Of a stretch of DNA of 64,000 bases, positions 11,503 through 22,088 are shown piece after piece (the first letter of the stretch is position 1; each line of letters starts with the position of its first letter). The stretch comes from a virus. Lineage: Duplodnaviria; Caudoviricetes. The DNA is taken from IMG/VR virus record IMGVR_UViG_3300037422_000298. One strand, given 5' to 3'. A program made the position numbers and the translations under genes. The notes under the pieces were generated by a model. It ran no database searches and was not told the origin of the DNA. It saw nothing but the letters and a program-made list of their open reading frames with translations.

Positions 11503-12230
11503 GCAATCTCAAGAAGCCGCCGAAGCCCGAGCAGCACGCGCACCCGTCGTACGGGATGCTCTCGATCAGCCGCAGCATGAACACGAACGCGACGCGTCTG
11601 TTCGGCAGCTCGCTGAAGTCGCACCACGGGACGATTCGCCTGTCGGTACACCCCGGCTACATGCAGCACGAGCTGAACCACGACTGGTATCACGCGACCA
11701 CGCAGACGCTCTTCGAGATCGAACTGTCGGCTGCGCAGTTCGCCGAGGCGATCACGTCGCTCAACTCCGGCCAGACGCCGTGTACGATTCGGTTCAACAA
11801 CGGCTTCATCGAAGATCCGCCCGACATCGAGACCGAAGTCGAACGCGTCAAGAATCGTTTTGGCGCCGACCTCAAGGACATGATCCAGGTGCTCAGGGAG
11901 CGCCGCGCCGAGATCGAGAAGCTGACGAGCAAGCTACCCGACAAGGCCAAGCGGCAGCTCAAGATCGAACTGGACGTGATGATTCAGCAGCTGACATCGA
12001 ACGTCCCGTACGTGCTGGAACAGTTCGACAAGGCGACGGAGAAGGTCGTCACGTCGGCGAAGACCGAGATCGAGAACTTCACGATGCACGCGCTCCGCGC
12101 GGCTGGCCTCGAAGCAATCGCCGAGGGCAGACTACCCAAGATGCTCGCGGCGAGTGCCGACGTCGACAAGGGACCGTGCCCGGAGTGCGTCGAGTATGGC
12201 TCGTGCAGCGTTCACCGGGAAAAGCCGTGA
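11499..12230 (+). CDS. Conserved-looking phage hypothetical protein
   Basis: HPSYG...LFGSS...EIELSAAQFAEAITS...PCTI pattern recalled from phage hypotheticals; ATGA overlap. Confidence 0.55.
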   Translation: MSNLKKPPKPEQHAHPSYGMLSISRSMNTNATRLFGSSLKSHHGTIRLSVHPGYMQHELNHDWYHATTQTLFEIELSAAQFAEAITSLNSGQTPCTIRFNNGFIEDPPDIETEVERVKNRFGADLKDMIQVLRERRAEIEKLTSKLPDKAKRQLKIELDVMIQQLTSNVPYVLEQFDKATEKVVTSAKTEIENFTMHALRAAGLEAIAEGRLPKMLAASADVDKGPCPECVEYGSCSVHREKP

Positions 12231-12867
12231 AGAAGATCATCACCTGCGGCGAGTGCGCCGTCGTCATCAAGGGCCAAATCCAGTTCCACGAGTGCGACCC
12301 GGCGTTGAAGCGCATCACCGAGATCGGCAAGCGCGTTCGCGCCAGAGCCCAGCGTTACGAGACAATGGCGCGGACGGGCTTTGTTGCCGGTGAAGAGCAC
12401 CTCGTCAAACGCGCCGCAGAGATCAGCGCGATCCTCGGCGAGATCGCAGACGCGATCGAAGGAAAGTCATGAAGAATGCGAAGCGCAAGACAAAGCCAAC
12501 GCGAATGCCACGGCCAAAGCGGGTGCGAAGGCCCGTGCGGCGGCGATCCACTACGACCGCTGACGGACAGGGCTGCCAACGGCAGCTTGCTGTCGATGCT
12601 CAAGAGAAACAGCTCCGACAGCTCAACACTGACGCCTGCGTTGCCATCGGCTTCGATCGTGCGGCGGCCGAGAAGCTCTCGCCTCCGACGCTGGCGTTTC
12701 ACTTCGGGCTCGTAGAACACGGCTACGAGGTTCACATGTTCGACGAGGGCAAGTACGTCGGCGCCGTGTGCCACGATTTCAGCGGCAATCACAAGGTTGA
12801 TGACCTGAAAGAGTCACTCGTCGACGCGATCGAGAAGGCGTTCAAGGAATGGAGAGCCGAGCTGTGA
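12227..12867 (+). other. Two hypothetical genes (12227-12472, 12469-12867)
   Basis: Overlap chain. Confidence 0.5.
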
Positions 12868-13373
12868 GCGACGAGAAAAAGGTCGAGGTCAAATCGGCGT
12901 GCCCGGTGCCGTGCAAGGTTTGTCCGTGGCGGTTGTCGAACCAAGGCACCAAGCATCCGCACAACTTCTATTCCAAGTCCAACCTTGCGCGACTTTGGAA
13001 AGGCCTTCGTGAAGGCGTACGAATGTCCTGTCACGAAACTGATCCACGCATGGCGGAGTTCGCGGGCTACGAGTCGCTCGCCGAGCGCGACGTCACGCAC
13101 GAGTGTGCAGGTGCCCTGACGCTGCAGCAGCGCGAGCTGATGAAGTATCAGGACATCGTGCTCGCCGATCCGTCGAGCAGGAAAGCACTGCAGGAGTACA
13201 AGCAGCAGCACCCCAAAGGCCTCACGCGCAACGGGCTCGTCGAGCTTGTCGAGCGGTTTGTCTTCGGCGGTACCGGGCTCGACGGTGTCGCGATGTCAAC
13301 GCCGGATCTGAACGACACCGAAATCGGCTACGACGTGATCGGTGCGTGGCGCGTGCGTGGAGGCAACAAGTGA
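12864..13373 (+). CDS. DUF6283-like Cys/His protein
   Basis: PCKVCPWR...SCH...ECAGA. Confidence 0.55.
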   Translation: MSDEKKVEVKSACPVPCKVCPWRLSNQGTKHPHNFYSKSNLARLWKGLREGVRMSCHETDPRMAEFAGYESLAERDVTHECAGALTLQQRELMKYQDIVLADPSSRKALQEYKQQHPKGLTRNGLVELVERFVFGGTGLDGVAMSTPDLNDTEIGYDVIGAWRVRGGNK

Positions 13374-16362
13374 AAGACGAGATCGACGAGTGGGCAGACG
13401 AGATCGTCAGGAAGATCGTCGAGGCCGAACGCCTTGGCGGCGGCTTTCGGCTCTACCACGAGCAAGCCGCGCGCGAGATCGCCGAGCGCGTACGCAAGGC
13501 GGAAAAGCAGTGACGGCTATCGACGGACTCGCGCACGCTACTTGGTGCATGTACCAGCCTGTACATGGGCGTGTCATTTGCGACTGCGGTGCGGTCACGC
13601 GCGCAAACCGTAATCACTGGGGCCCGCACCGCGACAAGATCGCGGAGATCGGCCCCGGCTGGGAAAAGTTTCTGAGCCGTCTCGATCTATCGTACTGGCC
13701 CGAGACCGAGCGCAACATGCTGCGTGGACAGGACGGCGGGGCGTTCAATGTCGCAGTACGGTTCCAATCGATCGCGTGCGATCTCGAAAAAGAGGACCCG
13801 CCGTATTATTGGTCGTCGTACTACTTGCTGGCGCGGATCATCGAGAAAACTCGGCGTGACATGACCATGCTAGAAGCTGTCGAAGCGATCGCGATCGCGT
13901 TCCTGGCGGGGAGCCTGCACTACCGCGACGTCATTCGGCAGTTCAAGCAAATGGAGATTTGGCCGTGAGCGATACGAAGGACGACAAGATCATCGGGGTC
14001 AAGATCAAGCTCTCCGAGTGCGAACACGGCAAGCTGAACATCACGGGTGTCGAGCCGATCCGCGAAAGCAGCGTTGCGTACAGCGCACCCGATGCGGACA
14101 AGATTTTGCGATCGCCAATGGTCGGCGGCGGCAATCGACTGTACGCCGAGAACTGGGATCGCAATTTCGGTCCGCGCACCAAGCTCTCGTCCGATGACGA
14201 AGTGAACTGAATGTTGCAGTTATCGGTCTGCACACCGTTATGAGTTCTTTAACACGATCGCGAGGTGCGTTGTGAAGTCGCTCGTGTTTCGAACCGACGC
14301 GCCGCACACGGTCGAGCTGACCTGGAAGCACGTGTATTGGACAACGCAAGGCTCGCTCGGACCCGAAGTCCACTCCAAGCTCATGCTCGTCGCATCTCGG
14401 CGCACACTCGCCGATATGCTCGTCGAGGTCGACGACGGTGCGAACATCGAAGACACACGCGCAGCGATTCAAGCCGCAGCGGCGGCCGACGACTGGGCGA
14501 CCGCGGACGAGATCGCGCGGCGCTACAGTTTGGTGGTTTGTCTACGTTGCGCCGACGACGTTTCGACCCGGCCGACGTGGCGACTGCATCATCTACTACG
14601 GCACGTCCAAGAAACCATCGACGAGCGCACGCCCGGCTGGGGTGAAGTGTGCGGTCCGTGCGCCGTCATCGTGCTGGACCTGAAAGCGAAGGCGAAGAAA
14701 AAATGATGAAGTGGCCCTACATCCAAGGCGAGTTGGACAAGCTCGACGACGAAATCTCGCTGGCGCTCCAACGCTTCCAGGACATCGTTCGCCAGCGACG
14801 CCCGGCTGGCTATCCAGTCGACGTCGCGTTCCCACCGTGGGGCAAGCTCGCGTGGAGCGGTCGCCGCGGTCGCTGGCGTCTCGTCGTCATCGACGAGGAC
14901 GAATGCGAAGACCTACTATCGATGCCACGGCTGTGCCGCTCGGACGCTTGTATGGTTCTGCCGAAACTCGCCGAGCGGTTAGGGATCTACAAACCATGAT
15001 CAGCTACGCCGAGCGCGAGATCTTCACCGATCGCGAGATGTCGCTCTGGTGCGACGCACGCGATCTGGTTGCCCGCGTCGGCCCCAAATGGGGCAACGAG
15101 CTACGCTGCCACGAGTTGGTGCGCGCCGCGCACCGCGTGCTGGCCGTGCTGCGCTTTCGAAACGTGCCCTATGAGACCGCGATCATCGACGGCAAGCTGA
15201 ATGCGATCGAGCACAGCTGGCTAGTCGTGCCTGCACAAGGGCCACGCGGGTTGACCCGGACGGCGATTCTCGATGTCTACTGTCCGGGCCGTGTTCCGCA
15301 GGTGCAGCTGATCGACAACCACTTCGCGGTCGCGCGTGGCTACGAAGAGGGTCCCGCGCGCGAGGATATCAAGCTCGACATCGTTGAGAAACTCGTCAAC
15401 GAAATGAGCAGGAGGGGCACGTGATTCCAGGGCTGACCGAGATCACCGAAGAAGACATCACGACGAAGACGCAGTTCGTGGCCGCGTTGCGCCGGTTTCT
15501 AGCGACAGGAAAAACCACGACGCCGTACCATCACGATGAGTACAGCCCGAGTCGCGGCGAGCTGTTGCTAATCGACGCCATCGCGCGCTACTTCGAAGAC
15601 CACACCGAGATCGACGACCAAGAACTGGGCCTCAACTGGTTCTGCGATCTGAAGAAGCATCTCGTCGACGCGTTCGAGGAGTTCCGCACGCACCCCAAAC
15701 ATCAGGTGCTGCGTGAGACGTACAAGAGCCAGATGGGCGGCGTATGGCCGGAAGGAATCCCGGACCTGCTCGACGTTCGCGGCAGTTTCGGGTGGCAGCA
15801 CGTAACGCGTGACTTGGTCGAACTGCTGCCGCTGATCGCAGGGCGCTGCGGTGGCGCGTGGCTCAAGCGCGATCTCGATGGCTACTTTCACGCCGAGGCC
15901 GAAGTGATCAATCATGCGTGGCGGCGGTTCATCCGATGTTGCTATCGACCGTTCGCGCCGCAGCTCAAGCAGGTGCAGCATCGTGGCAACAGCGGCTTGT
16001 TTGGTCGCACGACGCTCCGTAGCTACGGCACAGCAGGTCGGGTCATGTTCACGTTCGCGCGAACAGAGGCACCGTCGGACGTGCTCGCGAAGGTCACCGA
16101 GCTGGTGAACACCGAAGGCGTCACGGCCGAGAATAAGGTCGCCGCGCTGGAAGCGCTGCTCATGATCGTGCCTTCACCAGACAGCGGCCCCGACGCGCAA
16201 CAGATTACGTTCGTCGCCGACGACAGTGACCTGTACGGGTTTCGTTCTGGTATGAACTTCCCCGATGTCGGGTACGCCAAGTGCGTCGAGATGATCAACG
16301 ACGTGATCGATCACTGGGATCCGGCCAAATTCGTCGTTGACTCCGACGTCACATTGGGGTGA
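13370..16362 (+). other. Run of hypothetical genes (13370-13513, 13510-13968, 13965-14210, 14272-14706, 14703-14999, 14996-15424, 15421-16362)
   Basis: Overlap chain, protein-like composition. Confidence 0.55.
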
Positions 16363-16382
16363 TCGCGCTTGCTACGAAGCTC

Positions 16383-16411
16383 TTGACAAGTTTCTAGGCG
16401 CAAGCTAGTTT
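16383..16411 (+). promoter_or_regulatory. Sigma70-type promoter
   Basis: TTGACA-N17-TAGTTT, intergenic, same CTCTTGACAAG context as 8014. Confidence 0.6.
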
Positions 16412-16420
16412 CGAGGCACA

Positions 16421-19400
16421 GTGACGGCGTACTATGATGAATTGAACCGGCAGGTCAGCGCGGCTTCGCGCGACGAAGCGACGTTCCTGCTCGAAGTCGC
16501 CAAGGTGGAAGCCCGCGCGCAGCGTGCCGTCGAGGCGGTTGCGAAGCTCGACGGCTTCCCCGATGACCTCAAGACCAAGATCGCTCGCGCGATCGAGAAG
16601 TCCAAGACGAAAGAGGCTCTCGGCTACCGACTGGCAGTTCGCGCGTCCGAGCTGCTCAGCGATCTGCACTCGATCTTTCACGACGTCGCCTCGCGTCGGA
16701 TCGAAACACCGTTTGGCGTGCTGTCAGACGACCCCGAAGGAACGCTCAGGCGCCTCGACGCAAACGGCAAGGACGCGTTCGACGATCATCTCGCTGAGTG
16801 TGCCGACTGCGAAACGCTCGCGACGCTCGGCAAGGACTCGTTCTGCGAAGCCGGAAACGTGCTCGAAAAGCAATGGTCCGCGGTCAACGATCTGATGGCC
16901 GAAGGCGTGCCGACGGAGAACTGGCCCAAGTGAGCGTCAACTGGACCAAGAAAGAGTTCGCGTCGAAGCTCAAGAGGATCGACGTACCGGCGAAGGACGT
17001 GCGCGTCGGCGATATCGTGTTCTTCGACGGTGATCCGTGGGGCATCGCGCGCGTCGAGAAGAAACGGGGAGACGAAAGCGGAACTATGAAGCAACATTCC
17101 GAGAAAGACCTCGCACGCGCAAAGCGCGTACGCGAGAAGCACATCGCGCGCATGACGGTGCTGTATGGCGCGTGCACGTGCATGTACCCGCTCTGCAAAC
17201 TTCGAAACAGCCACGGTCACGAAGATGGCTGTCCGGCAATCGTGCTGTGGCAGAAGTTTCGTGACGAAGACGCCGATGCGCGCGCGGAGCTGGATCTGTG
17301 AAGTGGCTCAAGTACCAACACAAGTTCTCGTCGGGCCGCAGCGCCTGGCAGTGGATGCCCGTCGACAACGACACGACCGAAGAGTCTGTACGCGAGGACG
17401 GCATCCTCGACGACATCGTCAACGAGTACAGCTACTCGGACAAGTACAGCGGCGTCGACTTCCACGTCGTCGACAAGGCGCCGACGTGGGTCTTGCGCCA
17501 GAAGCTAGGTTACGCCGTCGAACGACGCGAGGCAGCGAATCGCGAATACGCGCTGTACAAGGAATTGCTAGAAGGTGCGGCGTACGACTGCCCGCAGTGC
17601 AAGGACGCGACGGCGGCGGAATCCGCGCACTACAAGCAGCACGGTACGGGTGTCGCGATCAAACCGTGCCCGACGTGCGGGCTCGACATTCTCGTCGATA
17701 CCGTCCCGTTCTGGCTCATGCCCGACGACAAGGACGCCGTGAAGCTGCTCGGTTCGCTCGTCGAGCAGGGACCGCGCAGCGTCAAGAGCAAGACGTTCCG
17801 TTGGCCCGTCGAGGACAAGGACGAAGAGGCTGCGTACCACCGGCTCAGCAAGCTCGGGCTTGCAGGCGGTTCGATCTACCAGAACACGTACGAGATCCAC
17901 GCTACGCCGTCTGGCGAGACCGAGTGGAAGAAACACAAGGAGCGCAAGTGAACTGGAAGATGTTTGGGAGCCGTTCGTTCATCCTGTCGTTCATCGCGGC
18001 GTTCACCGTCAGCTTCTTCGGGATCACGCTTGGCTGGGACACGGTCGTTGCGCAGCTGATCGTTGTCGTCGTCGGTATGTCGATCGGACTCGCGATTGGC
18101 TACACGATCCGGCGGGCGCGCGGGGACTTCCGACGGTGATGAAGACGCGCACGACCGAAGAGCAGCGCAAGTTGTTGCACGAGTTCCTAACGAGCCGAAT
18201 TGTAGAAGACGACGATCCGCATCGGCAGATCAGCTACTCGGTCGCGTGCCAGGCGTTGCTCGATCTCGACGACGTTCTGTTTCGGCTAGAGACCATCGAG
18301 AGTCGGTTGCGCGCGGCGCACGACGGTGTCAGCTCTGCAGAGCGTTCGATCAGCGCGTTGCTTCTGGATGCCGCACGATGATGAAGAACCACGAGATCGT
18401 CCGTGCGTTGCCGAAGCTCAAGACGCTCAGGCTCGACTTGGAGACTCTCAAGGATCAGATCATGCGGTTGCAGAAGCAGTCGCTGCAGCTGCAAGGTGAG
18501 GTCGGCGTTCTCGGCGAGGTCACCGACGTTATCGACGGCATCGCGGTTCGCGTGGACACGGAACCGAACATCTACGGCAAGGTCTATAAGATCGCCGCCG
18601 TCGGCTCTGACATCGAGCGCCAAGCTGACGTCTACCCGAACGCGAACACGTCCGTCGGCGGCGTTGCCAAAGACTGGGGACTCAAGCTCTACGGTCCGCG
18701 AAAAGCCTTCGGCGGTTTCGAGGAGCAGTGGCTGATGACCGGATGGGCGTATCGTGACGCCGTCGAAGTAGCACAGCGCTGGATGGCTCGCGGTGAAGTT
18801 CCGACTGAACAGCAAAAGCAGCTGGCCCTCGCGCGACACCGTCTCGATCCCGAAGGGCGTGCGACCAAGCGCCGTCGTGAAGCGTTCGAGGCCGCGTGGC
18901 TCGCAGATCACAAGCAGCTCGCCGAGGAGATTCTGCTCGGGTGGGTGCGACCCTCCAAGGCACTTCCAAAGAAAGCTAAAGCCCATGCCTGACTACAAGA
19001 CGACCGACTACTGCAAGGTCTGCGGCGAGTCACCCGAATCTGGAACGCACATGTTGCCCGGTCACGGGCACACGTACGTGCCGCCCGACAGTGTCGTGTG
19101 CTCGTGCCCACCGCGCTACCACGGCGTTCTGCATCACGTCGAATGCAACCGTCAGGGACTGCGTGCCGAGCTGCAACAGGCCGCCGAGCGCGCGATCGGT
19201 GTCCAGCGCGTCAAAATCGAGACGCGACCGGGCTTCCCACAGTTCGGTCAGTTCCTCGGGCTCCTCCTCGACGAGCGTGGGGACGTACAGGCCGTCGTTC
19301 GTCTCGATCACTACGGGCTCATGCTCAAGACTGCACATCCATCGCGCGTCGTACCCGTGACACCCGAAGAAGAGGAGCTACACAAGCCGTGAGCCACTTC

Positions 19401-19622
19401 GTTACGTCAGCGGATTCGGACTACTTCATTGGCGAGTGTCCGCATGACTGCTACCCCGACAAGTTGCCGTGCATCAGCTGCGTCGAGGCGCAGCGCCAGT
19501 TCGAGCACGCGGAGCGCCTACGCGTCGCGCTGGTGGGCGCCTACTTCAAACACCATCAGCAATGGCCGCAGTCGAGCTACATCGATGATGTCGTCGCGAC
19601 GTTCAACGAGCACAAGCCGTGA
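16421..19622 (+). other. Run of hypothetical genes (16421-16933, 16930-17301, 17298-17951 with two CxxC, 17948-18139 two-TM, 18136-18381, 18378-18992, 18985-19392, 19389-19622)
   Basis: Overlap chain. Confidence 0.55.
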
Positions 19623-20170
19623 CCTGGCGTGCACCACTCGCGGTTCAGCTCGTGCCGATGATGAATCGCGATCTCTTCGTCGGCGCGCATCAAACGCACT
19701 TGCCGATACCGCCGCATCCGGGCGCGTTCGGCATCAAGCGTAAGCACCACACGCACGAAGGCGTCGATCTCTACTGTCCGCAGGGCACGCCCGTCTACAC
19801 GGTCGAGCCCGGGGTCGTCGTCGCCGTCATCCCATTTACTGGTCGACTCGCGGTACCGCCATCGCCGTGGTGGCGTGAGACCGACGCCGTGCTTATCGAG
19901 GGCGCGAGCGGCGTGGTTGTGTACGGCGAGATCCAGCCGCGGGTCGGGATCACCGTCGGAGAGCGTTTTCAGCGTGGCGACTTGGTCGGCTACGTTGTAC
20001 AGGTGCTGACCAAAGACAAGGGCTACCCGATGTCGATGCTGCACCTCGAACTGCACGTGCTGGGTACGCGGAACGCGTACGACTGGGTCGACGAACGGCC
20101 GCCGTCGCTGCTGGACCCGACGCCATTTCTGTTCGAGGCTGCACTGGAAGGTGAAGGTGAAGCAGCATGA
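19619..20170 (+). CDS. M23 family metallopeptidase
   Basis: HEGVDL (HxxxD), GTPVY, GDLVGYV, LHLELH. Confidence 0.8.
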   Translation: MTWRAPLAVQLVPMMNRDLFVGAHQTHLPIPPHPGAFGIKRKHHTHEGVDLYCPQGTPVYTVEPGVVVAVIPFTGRLAVPPSPWWRETDAVLIEGASGVVVYGEIQPRVGITVGERFQRGDLVGYVVQVLTKDKGYPMSMLHLELHVLGTRNAYDWVDERPPSLLDPTPFLFEAALEGEGEAA

Positions 20171-20535
20171 TCGACAAGCTCATCATCGGACCGCAACGGC
20201 GCTCTGAGATCATAGCTACGGTTCGTGGGGAGCCGTACACCGAGGAGGGTGCACCCGACAACTCGCATCCTGCGGCTATCCGTCGATGGGCGCACGAGGT
20301 GCATCTCTGGCGCCGATCATTGGCGGTCTGTACTTACTCTCCGATGGTGATTCGCGCTGTCATCGAGGTGTGGGACAAGGATCCACTGATACCGTCGTGG
20401 ATCGTCTTGCGCTCCCAGAACGGTAAAGACACGCCGCTTCTCGATGTCAAGAGCCCTGAGTGGCTTGCGCACTTCGCGATCGAAGACCTCTACATGATGC
20501 ACGAGTTCGATGCCGTCCTGAATGGTGATGCATGA
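20167..20535 (+). CDS. Hypothetical protein
   Basis: ATGA overlaps on both sides. Confidence 0.5.
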   Translation: MIDKLIIGPQRRSEIIATVRGEPYTEEGAPDNSHPAAIRRWAHEVHLWRRSLAVCTYSPMVIRAVIEVWDKDPLIPSWIVLRSQNGKDTPLLDVKSPEWLAHFAIEDLYMMHEFDAVLNGDA

Positions 20536-20951
20536 GCAACGAAATCTGCAGCGCGTGCGGGAAGGCCCGGAAAGACGTCAAACAGCTGATCGAGCTGTCG
20601 CGTGGACACTTCTGGGCCTGCAATGAATGCATCCGTCTGTGGGCCGACATCTGCGGCCTCACGAGGGACGTCAAGCAGGTTCTTCCAGGTCTGCAACGTG
20701 CGCACGGCCGCCATGCACGGCGCGCGGAGCGCGTCGACATACACGACATCGACCTGCCCAAGACCACGAAGGAGTTTGCGCAGTACCTTCGCGACATCGC
20801 TGACCAGGTCGAGCGCATCCCCGACAAGCCGTTACAGCTCGATGAAAACGCTGTCGAGATCGGGTTCTACTACGGCAACCCGATGTTCCCGCAGATGCCG
20901 ACCGGCTTGCACTTCGCCGTTGACTTCGCGTCAACAGAACTAACCCGGTGA
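20532..20951 (+). CDS. Protein with ClpX-type C4 zinc finger
   Basis: CSACGKARKDVKQLI...ACNECIRL. Confidence 0.7.
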   Translation: MSNEICSACGKARKDVKQLIELSRGHFWACNECIRLWADICGLTRDVKQVLPGLQRAHGRHARRAERVDIHDIDLPKTTKEFAQYLRDIADQVERIPDKPLQLDENAVEIGFYYGNPMFPQMPTGLHFAVDFASTELTR

Positions 20952-21338
20952 CGGCTGCGACGGTTTCTCGTCGTCCGATCTGGGTCTTGGTCGAGGTGTG
21001 CTCTCCACGGGGACCGCACGCCTCGATGTACAAGACGTATCGATGCACGACGGAGGGCTGTCGCGCAATGTGTACGGTTATCACGGTGGACGAAACGCGC
21101 CCACCGCCGGACAGCTGCGAGAAGTGTGGCGCTCGCGATGCCTGATGATCTCGCTGGCTGGGGCTACTGCGGGGCCTGCCGCAAGATTCACGCGCGCGAC
21201 CAGGACGGGCTCATGTGCGACGACCCCAGGCCGCTACCCCGAGCGACAATCGCACCTGGGATCGGCCGCCCGCGGCGGCTCTGGCGTTGGCTGACCAGGC
21301 CGTTTTCTCGACGGTGATCCCGCTTTGTGCACTTACTC

Positions 21339-21367
21339 TTGACTTGTTTTGAATGACCTGGCATGCT
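21339..21367 (+). promoter_or_regulatory. Sigma70-type promoter
   Basis: TTGACT-N17-CATGCT in an AT-richer intergenic gap. Confidence 0.5.
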
Positions 21368-21584
21368 CAGGCGTAGAGATGCTCGAAATGGATGATGACA
21401 CTCTGACGGCGATGGCCCTACGCGAGCACGCGCAAACCTGCGAGGACATCGCCCACAAGCACACGGCGGGTTCCGATAGCCGCGGTGCCTGGCTCCGTCG
21501 TGCCGAACGCTGTCGCGAGTTGGCTCGCCGACACGAAACGGCCGCGAAGGTTTTGCGGGGCGCTCCCGCCGCCCGAGGTCAAGC

Positions 21585-22085
21585 ATGAGCACCAAGATCA
21601 TCCTCGAAATCGAGTCCGGCCTCGCGTCCGAGGAAGCCGAATTCGTCAAGCAGTTGCTCCGTGACGCCATCGGCGAGTTCATCACGGCGCGGTCAGGGCG
21701 CGGCTCGGACCGCCGTGTCGAGAACACGCCGGACCCTCACGACGCGACGGTCGAATACGTGCGCAAGCGCTACCCAGACCTGTCGGTCGAAGCGCACCTG
21801 CAGAAAGTCGATGAGGTGCGCGCACGCAAGGCGATCGCACGTAAGCTACGGCGCGCCGTCGACGACATGAAGATCGAAAACGACGAGGCGCTACCGATCC
21901 GTGAACGCACTTGCGAAGTGCTGCCGACGATCTTCGGATCGTCCGTCGAAGACGAGGCCAAGGCGCAACCGAAGGGACCGAAACAGACGCAGTGCACGCC
22001 GTGCCAGGGCCTCGGCTCGATCGAGCTGACCGGTCAGCGCTGCCGCGTGTGTGGCGGTAGCGGATGGGTAAAGACGAAGAAGTAG
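21585..22085 (+). CDS. Hypothetical protein with C-terminal DnaJ-type zinc finger
   Basis: CTPCQGLG...CRVCGGSG (CxxCxGxG twice). Confidence 0.65.
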   Translation: MSTKIILEIESGLASEEAEFVKQLLRDAIGEFITARSGRGSDRRVENTPDPHDATVEYVRKRYPDLSVEAHLQKVDEVRARKAIARKLRRAVDDMKIENDEALPIRERTCEVLPTIFGSSVEDEAKAQPKGPKQTQCTPCQGLGSIELTGQRCRVCGGSGWVKTKK

Positions 22086-22088
22086 GTC